Assembly: GCA_028718865.1 (NCBI GenBank)
Contig: JAQUKX010000001.1
Coordinates: 64,067 to 128,066 of the forward strand
Source: Patescibacteria group bacterium
Lineage (GTDB): Bacteria; Patescibacteriota; Patescibacteriia; UBA1558; GWA2-36-10
Direction: 5' to 3'
DNA: 64,000 bases
Shown here: positions 10,126 through 19,921 of the stretch, in pieces
How the letters are laid out: each line of letters starts with the position of its first letter
Numbering within the stretch: the first letter of the stretch is position 1
Translations under genes and position numbers: made by a program
Notes under the pieces: model-generated
What the model was told of the DNA's origin: nothing
Databases searched by the model: none
Seen by the model: the letters and a program-made list of their open reading frames with translations, nothing else

Positions 10126-10378
10126 TAAAAAGAGGCCCCCGACGAGTACCGCTTTTACTAGTAGGAAGGAAAAAATCCTATCCACCAATAAAAGGGTAGT
10201 CGGGGGCCGAACCATCAACTCCAGAAAGTCAGCAAGTCCATACAGCGCCCGTAGGGCTGCGGTTCTTGGCGGAGAAATGGCGATCGTGCCATACTCCTCC
10301 TTTCAGGGTTTTTTGGTTTATGCCGTGGCCTTGAGCCCGGCGCTTCACAGTGTACTTATCCGCTTCTTTAGCAGACTA
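10125..10378 (-). ncRNA. Putative stand-alone structured RNA or small-ORF mRNA
   Basis: Consensus promoter upstream (10382-10411), several hairpins, long terminal stem GGCCCCCGAC/GTCGGGGGCC followed by TCTTTTT. Confidence 0.45.
10215..10292 (-). CDS. Candidate 25-aa small protein MARSPFLRQEPQPYGRCMDLLTFWS
   Basis: Strong SD-like GAAAGGAGGAG (10294-10304) just before the ATG; not in the ORF track (below its size cut-off). Confidence 0.35.
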   Translation of the reverse strand: MARSPFLRQEPQPYGRCMDLLTFWS

Positions 10379-10381
10379 AGT

Positions 10382-10411
10382 ATTATATACACAAAATCAA
10401 AAAATTGTCAA
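10382..10411 (-). promoter_or_regulatory. Consensus sigma70 promoter
   Basis: TTGACA-N18-TATAAT. Confidence 0.75.
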
Positions 10412-10427
10412 GGCTTTTTGTTTATTT

Positions 10428-11057
10428 TTAGAAGAAAAAATAGATCAAATTGATAAAAAAGCCGAAAATACGGCCAAAAATATTGACTCCGACAAACCTG
10501 TCTAAAAAAATCAGCCCCAATAAAATCCAAGGCCCATTGACAGCCAGTCCTCTTTTGAAAGACTCATATCTGTCCGGCAAAAAAGCAAAAAGAATCTTGG
10601 AGCCGTCCAGAGGCGGTATGGGTATAAGGTTGAAAATTCCTAAAATCAAATTGATAAAGATAAGATAAAACAAAAAAGTAAAAAGTAAACTATTCAAAGC
10701 TAAAAAATTACCCAAAAAATTGGCAATAATTATAAACAAAACTACGCTGATAAAATTGGACAAAGGCCCGGCCAAAGACACCAAAGCCATGCCCCATTTG
10801 CGAAAACGCAAATTATAGGTATTGACCGGCACTGGTCGACCCCAACCAAAACCGGCAAAAAGCAACATCAGAGTGCCAAAAAAATCCATATGGGAAAGCG
10901 GATTGAGATTCAAACGGCCGTTATATTTGGCCGTGGCATCGCCAAGATAATTGGCGGCCAAAGCATGAGAAAATTCATGCACCGTCAGGGCATAAATAAT
11001 GCTCAAAATTATCATTAAAAATATTTCCGGCGATTGAAAAAGAGTGTTTATCAGCAT
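10428..11057 (-). CDS. Site-2 protease (peptidase M50)
   Basis: HEFSH zinc motif and FNLIPIPPLDG; multiple TM segments. Confidence 0.95.
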   Translation of the reverse strand: MLINTLFQSPEIFLMIILSIIYALTVHEFSHALAANYLGDATAKYNGRLNLNPLSHMDFFGTLMLLFAGFGWGRPVPVNTYNLRFRKWGMALVSLAGPLSNFISVVLFIIIANFLGNFLALNSLLFTFLFYLIFINLILGIFNLIPIPPLDGSKILFAFLPDRYESFKRGLAVNGPWILLGLIFLDRFVGVNIFGRIFGFFINLIYFFF

Positions 11058-11146
11058 ATATTATCTTTGACAAAAATTATAATTTATGTTAGCATTTTTT
11101 AGTCTATAATATATTATAGCTTACTTAATCACTATGTCAAAAAAAT

Positions 11147-11335
11147 ATGGCCAAAGTATGTAAAGTATGCCAGCGGACAGCAATCACCGGCAACAGCCGC
11201 AGTCATTCCAATATTGCCAGCAAAAGAAAAATGAGCCTAAATCTCCAAAGCAAAAAAATGGACGGCAAAAAAATCACTATTTGCACCGCTTGCTTGAAAA
11301 CCGCTAAAAAAATCCAAAGAGCAAAAACTGTCTAA
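11147..11335 (+). CDS. rpmB: 50S ribosomal protein L28 (zinc-ribbon type)
   Basis: CKVC...GNSRSHSNIASKR...NLQ...CTACLK. Confidence 0.96.
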   Translation: MAKVCKVCQRTAITGNSRSHSNIASKRKMSLNLQSKKMDGKKITICTACLKTAKKIQRAKTV

Positions 11336-11725
11336 ACAAAAATCCCCGCTCGGGGAAATATTTACTATATATAAAACGCCAAAAACAAAAAGGCGTTTTT
11401 ATAGTCCTTTTAAAAGGACTGATAAAACACCTTTCTGCTAGTCACTATTCACCATTTAATTTTGTGGTTACTGATTATGACTATTGTAGCCCGACTTTTA
11501 AAAATGTTGACCCCTAGTAAACCAAGGGCGGAACCCGCAGTCCAAAGGCCAAGGCCCAAGACAATAATAAGGTTCCAAAACAATAGTGTTGTAGAGTCAC
11601 ATATTGTTTAAAAGAATAAGGCTACACTATTAATATAGCATTTTTATAAAAGCCTGACAACTAACAAAAAAACGGCTTAAATTAGCCGTTTTATTTTTAC
11701 TCTATTTATTTTTGCTCTATTTTGA

Positions 11726-12232
11726 CTATTCCAGCAAGGTAAAACGAGTATAGTCGGGATGATGATCCTGCAATTCATAAGGTAAAAACCAATAACTCAA
11801 TTCCATGACGGCTTCTTCAGGAGAAGATGAAGCATGAATCAGGTTAAAAACCGCTTTTTGGCTTTTGTCGGCATGGGAAAAAGACAAATGAGCAAAATCT
11901 CCTCTGATGGTGCCGGGAGCAGCTGACTTGGGCTCGGTTTCACCAACTATTTTCCTTACCACCTCTACTGCTTCTACTCCCTCAATGGCAATAGCCACCA
12001 CTGGACCGGAAGTAATCATTCCCACCATCATATCTCTGACCTTTTGGCCGCGGCGCTTGGCCAGATCCTCACTGTAATGCTTCAAGGCAGTGTCTTTATC
12101 TGACCAGACCAGCTTCAAGCCAGCAATTTTCAAGCCTACTCTTTCAAAACGATGCATTATTTCTCCTATCAAGCCGCGATTTAGAGCATCCGGCTTGAGT
12201 AAAACCAAAGTTCTTTGTAATTTGTCTGACAT
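11726..12232 (-). CDS. ndk: Nucleoside diphosphate kinase
   Basis: RTLVLLKPDA, PGTIRGDF, NLIHASSS. Confidence 0.97.
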   Translation of the reverse strand: MSDKLQRTLVLLKPDALNRGLIGEIMHRFERVGLKIAGLKLVWSDKDTALKHYSEDLAKRRGQKVRDMMVGMITSGPVVAIAIEGVEAVEVVRKIVGETEPKSAAPGTIRGDFAHLSFSHADKSQKAVFNLIHASSSPEEAVMELSYWFLPYELQDHHPDYTRFTLLE

Positions 12233-12236
12233 AAAA

Positions 12237-12617
12237 TTAATTTACCATTTTCTTCTTAACCTCAGCTACAACTTCCGAGGGAGTGATATTGGCCTTGACC
12301 AAATAACCAATCGCGCCCAACTGCTTGCCTCTTTCTATGTCCTCGTCTTGGCCTAAGTTAGTAAGCAGCATCACCGGAATACCTTTGGTATCCGGATCTT
12401 CCTTGATAGCTTTCAAAACCGAGAAGCCGTCCATCTTGGGCATGATAATATCCAAGAGGATAAAATCCGGCTTGAAGCTCTTGGCTTTTTCCAAACCCTG
12501 AACTCCGTCTAGAGCCTTTTCCAAATCATATCCCTCGTTTTTGAACTTGACTTCATACATGTTGGCGAGCATTTCCTCGTCTTCAATCAGTAAGATTTTG
12601 ATCTTTTTTTCCGCCAT
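12237..12617 (-). CDS. Single-domain response regulator (CheY-like receiver)
   Basis: ILLIEDE...PDFILLDIIMPKMDG...LTN...GYLVK. Confidence 0.93.
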   Translation of the reverse strand: MAEKKIKILLIEDEEMLANMYEVKFKNEGYDLEKALDGVQGLEKAKSFKPDFILLDIIMPKMDGFSVLKAIKEDPDTKGIPVMLLTNLGQDEDIERGKQLGAIGYLVKANITPSEVVAEVKKKMVN

Positions 12618-12700
12618 AAAATTAAAAAAGTTAATATTAACCTGCCTTTATTATAGGGCAAAAATAAGCAAAAATCAACCCGGTGGCTTATCTAATGGTT

Positions 12701-13516
12701 TTAGAAGTAATAAGTGAAGCCATTGCTAAAAACCGCTATAGTACCCTGTTCTATATTACTGAGTACTTTGCATTGAATTTTGGCTAAACGATCTAGAGTT
12801 TCCAAATGAGGATGCTTGAATTTGTTATTTAAGCCTGCCTGAATTAAACAAAGCTCAGGATTAACAAATTGTAAAAATTCTACTGCTGAAGAATAACGGC
12901 TGCCGTGATGGCCGATTTTTAAGATCTTTGATTGCAAATCAAAACCCGAAGACAGCAATTTTTTCTCCCCGACTTCTCCCAGATCGCCGGTAAAAAGAAA
13001 ATTTGTCTGGCCGTAGCTTATCTTTATCACCAGAGAATTTTCATTGAAATCATCGTGCTGGAAATCCGCCAAAAGTACCTGAGCGGACAAATCATCAGCC
13101 AGCTGGAAAACATCACCGGCCTCGGCGATAATAGGCGTGAGATTTTTTTCTTGGAGCTTGGCCTGCCAAATATGATATAAAAAATCATCCGGTTGATGGG
13201 CAGTGGTGATAATATTTTTTATCTGATATTTGTTCAGCAGTTCTATCAAGCCGACTATATGATCAGCATGGTAATGGCTGATAATCAAATAATCAATATT
13301 CCTTTCCTGCCAAGGCAAAACTTGCCCTAGACGATACAAAAGCAAATTGTCCGGCCCGCCGTCAATCAAAATATTTATACCCGAAGGATGACTGAGTAAA
13401 ATCGCATCGCCTTGACCCACATCCAGAAAATAAACTGCCAAGTCATCTGGCCGGCGTGGCCAAATAAAAAATAAAAACAAAATAATCAAAATCGCCAAAA
13501 ATATTTTTTTATTCAT
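12701..13516 (-). CDS. ComEC/Rec2-type metallo-beta-lactamase domain protein
   Basis: FLDVGQGDA, SHYHADHI, FTGD, KIGHHGS, HPH; overlaps the comEC membrane gene. Confidence 0.92.
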   Translation of the reverse strand: MNKKIFLAILIILFLFFIWPRRPDDLAVYFLDVGQGDAILLSHPSGINILIDGGPDNLLLYRLGQVLPWQERNIDYLIISHYHADHIVGLIELLNKYQIKNIITTAHQPDDFLYHIWQAKLQEKNLTPIIAEAGDVFQLADDLSAQVLLADFQHDDFNENSLVIKISYGQTNFLFTGDLGEVGEKKLLSSGFDLQSKILKIGHHGSRYSSAVEFLQFVNPELCLIQAGLNNKFKHPHLETLDRLAKIQCKVLSNIEQGTIAVFSNGFTYYF

Positions 13517-14855
13517 AATCTTGGGGTTTTAAAACCAAAGTAAGCAAGCCCATAAAAAACAAAGCCAGCAAAAGATAAGTGGCAGAGAAAGTGCTGTTTT
13601 GCAAATAAGCATAAGGCAGTCCGGCCAGCCAAGCAGCTATGGTCACTATCAACTTAAAACAAATAAAAAGCGGCCAGCTTATCAACCAAGCTATAGGAGC
13701 AACTAATCCGAAAATAGCCAAGGCCATGCTCAAAAGCAAAATCAAGGGCAAAAAAGGCAATATCAAAAAATTGGCCAGCGGGGCAATCAGAGAAAAAATC
13801 CCAAAATAATAAACAATCAAAGGCCAAGTAAAAACTTGAGCAGCTAGAGTCACTGACATTACTTCCCTTAATTTAAAAATTTTGGGAATAAAAACCAAGA
13901 CTCGCTGGAAAAATTTAACAAAATAAAGCAGTCCCAAGACTGCCAAAAAAGACAACTGAAAGCCAATGTCATAAAGTAGCACTTGCCTATTTATCAAAAC
14001 AAAAATATCAGCTGCTAAAAACAGACTAGAAATCGAGCTGGAGTTGCGGCCAAAAAAAGGCCCTAACAAAACCATCATGACCATCAAGCTGGCTCTGACT
14101 GCTGAACTGGGAAAAGCAATAAGATAAAGATAAAAAAATAGAATTGAAAGAAGCCAGACAAAAGATCTTTTGCGGGAAAAGCCTAGCCAAAGCAAAAAAC
14201 TCTGCAATAAATAAACAATAATAGCAATATGTAAGCCGGAAATAGCAATAATATGGCTTAGTCCCACTTGAGCAAAAACATCTCTTAGCTCAGCTGGAAT
14301 TTCCCGCCTATCAGCCAAAAGCATGGCTTTGGCCAGAGAGGAAGCCGGTTCAGGTAAATAAGAGTTGAGGTTATTCCAGAAATACTGCTTGGCCTGCAAA
14401 AGATAAAAATGACTATCCTTTTCTTGGCCAACGACTTTTATTTTGGCAAAAGAACAGGTGCCATAAATTTTGTCTTTGGCCAAATATTTGTCATAAAAAA
14501 ATTCCCGGCCGAATTCATCGGCTATAGGCTCGGGCTGGTAAACTTTGCAGGCAATTTCCAAGACATCGCCGACCTGATACTGGGGATAAAGTGGCCCGTA
14601 GAGCAAAATCCGGCCCAAATAATTTTCCAAATTTTGCGGCTCAATTGTCAAGTTCCAGCCAGCTAATTTTTTGTCGGCCTTTTTGACTAGGCCATTGAAA
14701 ACATAAAATTGATTATAAGCAAAATCTTGATTTTGAACTTCTTGGTCAAAATAAAGCAGCCAAACAAAATTGGCCAATAAAAAAATGAGACTAAAGGCTA
14801 AAAACCACTTACTTTTGCTTCTCATACGCTTTTGCCAAAAAGGCCAAAGGCGCAT
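13509..14855 (-). CDS. comEC: ComEC/Rec2 competence membrane channel
   Basis: GLSHIIAISGLHI, SAVRASLM, DIGFQLSFLAV. Confidence 0.93.
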   Translation of the reverse strand: MRLWPFWQKRMRSKSKWFLAFSLIFLLANFVWLLYFDQEVQNQDFAYNQFYVFNGLVKKADKKLAGWNLTIEPQNLENYLGRILLYGPLYPQYQVGDVLEIACKVYQPEPIADEFGREFFYDKYLAKDKIYGTCSFAKIKVVGQEKDSHFYLLQAKQYFWNNLNSYLPEPASSLAKAMLLADRREIPAELRDVFAQVGLSHIIAISGLHIAIIVYLLQSFLLWLGFSRKRSFVWLLSILFFYLYLIAFPSSAVRASLMVMMVLLGPFFGRNSSSISSLFLAADIFVLINRQVLLYDIGFQLSFLAVLGLLYFVKFFQRVLVFIPKIFKLREVMSVTLAAQVFTWPLIVYYFGIFSLIAPLANFLILPFLPLILLLSMALAIFGLVAPIAWLISWPLFICFKLIVTIAAWLAGLPYAYLQNSTFSATYLLLALFFMGLLTLVLKPQDYE

Positions 14856-14952
14856 CCCGCTCCCCTTTCTTCTGAGGGAAAAGCGGAAAAATCGCTTTAC
14901 TTCTTACTTATCAACTATGCCATTAAATCTTATTTTAAAAATTTTGTCAAAA

Positions 14953-16422
14953 TCACTTGGACAAAACGCTGGGTAATAAAGGCAGATAAGGCAAGCCTAG
15001 GCTGCTGAAAAAATCATTGCCTGCCGACCAGATAAAATAAGCAGCCAAAGAATTAGGCGCCAAAGGTTTTTTGTCTGTCAGCAGCTGGCTGCTGAAAAAT
15101 GCCTGCCTGCCGGGACTTTTTATTTTGGCCAGCAAGGCCAATCTGCTACTATCAAAAGCAATAGGCCAAGGACGATTCCAGTCGGCCTTAACAGTCAGCT
15201 CATTGGCCGACAAGCTAAAATCCGCCATTATCGGCTGGCTATCCAGCCACAATTCCCAGTCGGTTATTGCCAAATCAGCATAATCAATTTGCCAACTTAA
15301 CTTATGGACAAATAAAGGATCTTGGCCGATTGCCCGCAAATCAAGCTCGTAAACTTTATTCCAGCCTTCAAGCAACTTGGTATTTAAAACTCCTTCTTTC
15401 ACCTCAAGATAATAAGGCTTGCCTTGATAATCACTCAAAAACAAAGAACGGTTCAATTTTATATTTTGACCAGAATAGTAAGCCAAAGCCTCTGCTTCAG
15501 CCAAAGTCAAGCTAAAATTTCCTGCCGGCAAATCCAGGGCGTAAACTTCAAAAAATCTCGGCTGGTTGATATTGGGCCTATGTTCAAGAAAAAATTCTAT
15601 AGCGCCAGCTTGCGCCAAAGCCTCGGACAAAAGACGATCGCCTTCAACCAAGGCAAAAGCTCGTCCAGTCAAATCAATATCTCCTTGGTAAATCAAGCGT
15701 AAATATCCCAGATCAGCTGATTCGCCATAATTGACCAGACTAAAACTAGCAATTGACTGAGGCAGTCCAGCCGCCAAAAAATAATCCGCACTGGCTGAAA
15801 CAAAAGCCGCCAAATACCCCTGCTCCAAAAAAGAAACCAGGCCGCTCTCGGCAGGGAAATCGCCGTCTGGGAAAAGTATCGTGCCTTTGTATTTGAGAGC
15901 CACATCAGCTCTGTCGGCAATGATAAAATTAAAAAGCGTGCCTGGCTGAGCGCTATGGCTTTCAACCAAACGCAAGCTAAAATGATTTTGGCCAGCTGGC
16001 AAAAAATAATCAGCTAGCTGAAAATGAAGACTGCCGCTTTCGTCTATGACTTTGATTGCGCCCAACTGAGTGGAGCCATGATAAAGCTGAAGCTTGTCTA
16101 TCAAATCTAAATCATAAACACCGACCATCCCTACTTTTAATTTATACAAGGAAGCGCCGGCTTGATTGTTTTCTAGGACAAAATCAAACAAAGAAACATT
16201 GCTAGCATCTTTGGCCAGAGGCAGATCAAAATTGGCTGAAATAAAACGGGAATAAAAACCGCTCACCGGATCACCGACTGCTTGTCCAGCTGGGCCGCGA
16301 GTAGCTGAAAAAATAAAGATAAAAATAAAAAAGGCCAAAAATAAAAAAGGCAAATACAGCTTGAGCTGGCTGGGATGGGAAAACTTTCTTGCTTCTACTG
16401 AGGGACTTAGGTGTTCAAACAT
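14953..16422 (-). CDS. Hypothetical membrane-anchored beta-rich protein
   Basis: 489-aa ORF with one N-terminal hydrophobic helix. Confidence 0.75.
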   Translation of the reverse strand: MFEHLSPSVEARKFSHPSQLKLYLPFLFLAFFIFIFIFSATRGPAGQAVGDPVSGFYSRFISANFDLPLAKDASNVSLFDFVLENNQAGASLYKLKVGMVGVYDLDLIDKLQLYHGSTQLGAIKVIDESGSLHFQLADYFLPAGQNHFSLRLVESHSAQPGTLFNFIIADRADVALKYKGTILFPDGDFPAESGLVSFLEQGYLAAFVSASADYFLAAGLPQSIASFSLVNYGESADLGYLRLIYQGDIDLTGRAFALVEGDRLLSEALAQAGAIEFFLEHRPNINQPRFFEVYALDLPAGNFSLTLAEAEALAYYSGQNIKLNRSLFLSDYQGKPYYLEVKEGVLNTKLLEGWNKVYELDLRAIGQDPLFVHKLSWQIDYADLAITDWELWLDSQPIMADFSLSANELTVKADWNRPWPIAFDSSRLALLAKIKSPGRQAFFSSQLLTDKKPLAPNSLAAYFIWSAGNDFFSSLGLPYLPLLPSVLSK

Positions 16423-16487
16423 AGCTATATTATAACATAAAAAAATTGTTTTTAAAACAATTTTTGAGAAAAAAATCTAGTTAACAA

Positions 16488-17591
16488 CTACTGATTCTGC
16501 CGAGACAAACCATCAATAATCAAAGGCATTAGATCACCGTCTAAAACCCCTGCTGGATCGGTCAATTCAAAATCAGTGCGATGATCTTTGACCAGCTTAT
16601 AAGGGTGCAGCACATAAGAGCGAATCTGGTTGCCCCAAGCTGCTTCGGTATATTCACCCCGCAAAATTCTTTTTTCTTCTTCTTTTTCACTCTGATAATA
16701 CTGCTCCAGCTTACTCTGCAAATAAGCCAAGGCTTGTTTTTTGTTCTGGCCTTGAGAACGCTCATTTTGGCAAGTAGCGCTGATGCCTGTGGGCAAATGA
16801 GTAATTCTAACCGCTGAATCAGTGGTATTGACTGACTGGCCACCATGGCCGGAGGCGCGGAAAGTGTCTATTTTCAAATCTTCTTCTTTGAGTGCTGACT
16901 TGGCTTGGCTGATTTCAGGAATAACTATCACCATCGCAAAAGAAGTATGGCGAGCTTTATCAGCGTCATAAGGGGATAATCTCACCAGACGATGAACGCC
17001 CGCTTCGTTCTTGAGATGGCCATAAGCATAAGGCCCGCTAATCTTAAAAGTAGCGCTTTTGATGCCCGCCTCATTGCCAACCGATCTAGACAAATAAGCT
17101 ACTGACCAATTTTTTTGTTCAGCAAAACGCAAATACATTCTTTCTAGCATTTGCGCCCAGTCTTGAGCATCCACTCCGCCAGCGCCAGCGTTGATAGTGA
17201 CAATCGCCGGCAAATTATCATATTGGCCTTGCCAATAAAGGCTCTGGGAAAGCTGCTTATATTCTTTTTGCAAAAAATCCAAATCGTCAGCCAACAATCC
17301 CAAAGCCAGCTTGTCGGCTTCTTCTTCTTCAGCCAATGCTTGCAGGCCGGCCAAGCGACTTTGGACAAGACGCCAACGATTTATTGTCTCTTCCAAAAAA
17401 CTGACCTGCTGACTGATGTCTTTGACTTTTTCTCTGTCTTGCCAAAAATCCGGAGCTGACATTTTTGTCTGCCAGACCTGCAACTCTGCTTCTTTTTTGG
17501 GCAAATCAAACAACAAAATGGCCTGTGCAAACTTATCTGACAAATCCTTGATTTCTTCTCTTAAATCCCTAAATGTCTTAGTTTTGGACAT
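16488..17591 (-). CDS. prfB: Peptide chain release factor 2 (no programmed frameshift)
   Basis: GVHRLVRLSPY (SPF-like), GHGGQSVN, WGNQIRSYVLHPY. Confidence 0.97.
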   Translation of the reverse strand: MSKTKTFRDLREEIKDLSDKFAQAILLFDLPKKEAELQVWQTKMSAPDFWQDREKVKDISQQVSFLEETINRWRLVQSRLAGLQALAEEEEADKLALGLLADDLDFLQKEYKQLSQSLYWQGQYDNLPAIVTINAGAGGVDAQDWAQMLERMYLRFAEQKNWSVAYLSRSVGNEAGIKSATFKISGPYAYGHLKNEAGVHRLVRLSPYDADKARHTSFAMVIVIPEISQAKSALKEEDLKIDTFRASGHGGQSVNTTDSAVRITHLPTGISATCQNERSQGQNKKQALAYLQSKLEQYYQSEKEEEKRILRGEYTEAAWGNQIRSYVLHPYKLVKDHRTDFELTDPAGVLDGDLMPLIIDGLSRQNQ

Positions 17592-18777
17592 TGTATTTCT
17601 CCAGAGTAACCCTGATACTTTTTATCTCTCCTTGAGACCAAACTTTGAGCTCAATGCTATCTCCAGGCAAAAAAGAGCTAATGGCTTTGGCTAAGTGATA
17701 ATTTTGATTCAAATCCTGGCCGTTTATCGCTAGAATAATGTCGTTTTCCGCCAAAGAAGCTTTGGCTGCCGGCGAGCCAGGTAAAACAGGTGGCTGGCTA
17801 GCGTTGCGGCCAGCGCTAATTAAAGCTCCTTGTTCAAAATCCAAATTATTTGCAGCGGCAATTTCCTTGTTGAGCATAACATAACGCACCCCCAAATAAG
17901 GCCGGACTATTTCTCCGCTCTCTTTGAGGCTCAAAATAATTGACTTGATGGAATTGATGGGAATAGCAAAACCAATAAGCTGGCCGGAACGGGAAATAGC
18001 CGTATTAACTCCTACTACTTGACCGCTTAAATTCAGCAGAGGCCCGCCAGAATTACCCGGATTAATAGCGGCATCGGTCTGAATAACATCTTCCAGTCTC
18101 TCCGAAGCTCCTGAGCTGGCTGCGGCAATAATACTGCGTCCTATACCAGAGACCACGCCGGTAGTCACGGTGTTGCTAAACTCAGCTAAAGCATTGCCTA
18201 TAGCTACAACACTCTGACCTATCATCAAGCTGTCAGAATCACCTAGCTCTACTACCGGCAAATTATTGGCTTCAATTTTTAGAGCGCCAATGTCGTTGAA
18301 AAGATCAGTCCCTACTATTTCAGCGGCAAATTCTCTGTCGTCATTTAAAACTACTTTGTAGCGGGCACTAGTATCACTCAAAACATGTTTATTGGTCAAA
18401 ATGTAACCATCTGGAGAAATAATGAATCCTGTGCCGCCGCCGACTTTTTGAAAATTGGGCTCACGATCGTTAGAACGGTCGTTCGGCAAGGGACTAGTAT
18501 AAGGCCAAGGGAAAAAATTCTCAAAAAATGGATCAATGCTGACACCGGCACTGACATCTTTTTCTATAATAATAGACACTACGGCTGGACTGACATTTTT
18601 GACCACATCTATCACTGCTGATTCTTGATTTAGTTCCACTATTGTTTTTTGTAAAACGGCCTCTAAGCCGCTGTCCCTAGACCAAGGCAAGCGATCAAAA
18701 GCAAAAATGGTCAAATAAGAGCCGAATAGGCCCCCTAAAATCACGCTAATAAAAATTGTCGCAATAGTTCTTGGCAT
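17578..18777 (-). CDS. HtrA/DegP-family serine protease with PDZ domain
   Basis: GTGFII, TNKHV, IQTDAAINPGNSGGPL, C-terminal PDZ. Confidence 0.96.
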   Translation of the reverse strand: MPRTIATIFISVILGGLFGSYLTIFAFDRLPWSRDSGLEAVLQKTIVELNQESAVIDVVKNVSPAVVSIIIEKDVSAGVSIDPFFENFFPWPYTSPLPNDRSNDREPNFQKVGGGTGFIISPDGYILTNKHVLSDTSARYKVVLNDDREFAAEIVGTDLFNDIGALKIEANNLPVVELGDSDSLMIGQSVVAIGNALAEFSNTVTTGVVSGIGRSIIAAASSGASERLEDVIQTDAAINPGNSGGPLLNLSGQVVGVNTAISRSGQLIGFAIPINSIKSIILSLKESGEIVRPYLGVRYVMLNKEIAAANNLDFEQGALISAGRNASQPPVLPGSPAAKASLAENDIILAINGQDLNQNYHLAKAISSFLPGDSIELKVWSQGEIKSIRVTLEKYNVQN

Positions 18778-18801
18778 ATTGAAAACTAGACTTAAAAATT
18801 A

Positions 18802-19152
18802 TTATTGGCACCACTGCCTGATCATTGCCTCTCTGGTATCAGGGTTGCAAAAAGCTTCCAGCAAAATATCCATCTGATTTTGACTGTTGTTTGTCTCCTC
18901 TTTTTGCTGAACCAGACTAAGTTGAGAAGTAAAAATACGATAGGCCGGCTCAAAAATTTTAATGTATTCTTTCAGCACCGGAGTCAAATAAATAATACCG
19001 ATTATCAAAGGAGCGGCAATGATTATGACCCTGATAAAGCTAAAAATAGTGTTGAGAGTGAATTTTTTCTCTATTTTTTTGATTCTCTCATCTAGACTCT
19101 GCAAAAGAGCCTTGTTTTCTTTGTCTAGCTTTTTTAATTCTTCATCCAACAT
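18802..19152 (-). CDS. Hypothetical membrane protein
   Basis: Coiled N-terminus plus one TM helix; co-oriented with the HtrA gene. Confidence 0.75.
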   Translation of the reverse strand: MLDEELKKLDKENKALLQSLDERIKKIEKKFTLNTIFSFIRVIIIAAPLIIGIIYLTPVLKEYIKIFEPAYRIFTSQLSLVQQKEETNNSQNQMDILLEAFCNPDTREAMIRQWCQ

Positions 19153-19342
19153 AAAAAATATTATTTAATACTATACCTGAAAACTACTAGTTTTCCAAAC
19201 TTTCCCTTTATTTCCCTTTATATTATAACTATCTATGCTAAGAGCACAAGGGAAATCAAGTTATATAATTATTATACACCATTATCGCCCAGAGGGCGAC
19301 CGCCTTATGGGCGGTAACAAAAAAATAGAATTAACAAAACTG

Positions 19343-19918
19343 CTAGCGCCGGCGGCCAAGCCAATTCCGGCTACGCCCAAAACGCCCCAAAAAATTGACC
19401 TTGAGCCAAATATTCTTGCGCTTTTGCTGCCGCCGGCGCCAATAAAAATAAAATGATCTAAATAGCGCGCCTCCAAGCAAAACACCAAACAAAAGGGTCG
19501 CTATAAACAAATATTTGGTCCAAAATAAAACTTTGGCTGGAAAATAAATGGTCAAAGGAATTTTCAAGCCCGAAGCGGCATTGAATCTTTTTTGATCCAG
19601 ACTTCTGGCCAAAATTGATAAATTGGTTTTTTTGACGCCGCCCTGATCGCGGCTACCGGCAAAAGCCACTTCTACTGCCGCTGACTCTTCAGGCATCAGC
19701 GACAATTCGCTTGGATTTATTTTCAGCTCAGTGGCAAAAGCATCGGCATAAATAGAAATAGACATCGGCTCCAAGGATATATTTTTTATTGATAAAGAAG
19801 CGGCTGATTTATCAGGAACAATAATCTCAAGTTGCGCCGGGCGGACTGACAATCCCAAAGCCGCCGCCGCCAAGGGAAAGAAAAGAAAAAGTAAAATTGC
19901 CAAAAAAAATGCCTTCAT
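19343..19918 (-). CDS. Secreted Ig-like protein with C-terminal membrane anchor (second gene of B12-regulated operon)
   Basis: Signal peptide ending AAAA, beta-rich core, TM helix followed by RRRQQKRK; 3 bp from the upstream gene. Confidence 0.75.
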   Translation of the reverse strand: MKAFFLAILLFLFFPLAAAALGLSVRPAQLEIIVPDKSAASLSIKNISLEPMSISIYADAFATELKINPSELSLMPEESAAVEVAFAGSRDQGGVKKTNLSILARSLDQKRFNAASGLKIPLTIYFPAKVLFWTKYLFIATLLFGVLLGGALFRSFYFYWRRRQQKRKNIWLKVNFLGRFGRSRNWLGRRR

Positions 19919-19921
19919 ATT

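Noticed and set aside
10132-10209. Plus-strand hairpin containing GGAAGGAA, considered as SRP (4.5S) RNA
   Set aside because: Lacks the CAGG...GGAA...AGCAG symmetric loop; promoter and U-tail point to the minus strand
10073-10453. 126-aa plus-strand ORF
   Set aside because: No recognisable motif; lies antisense to the structured transcript and overlaps two promoters
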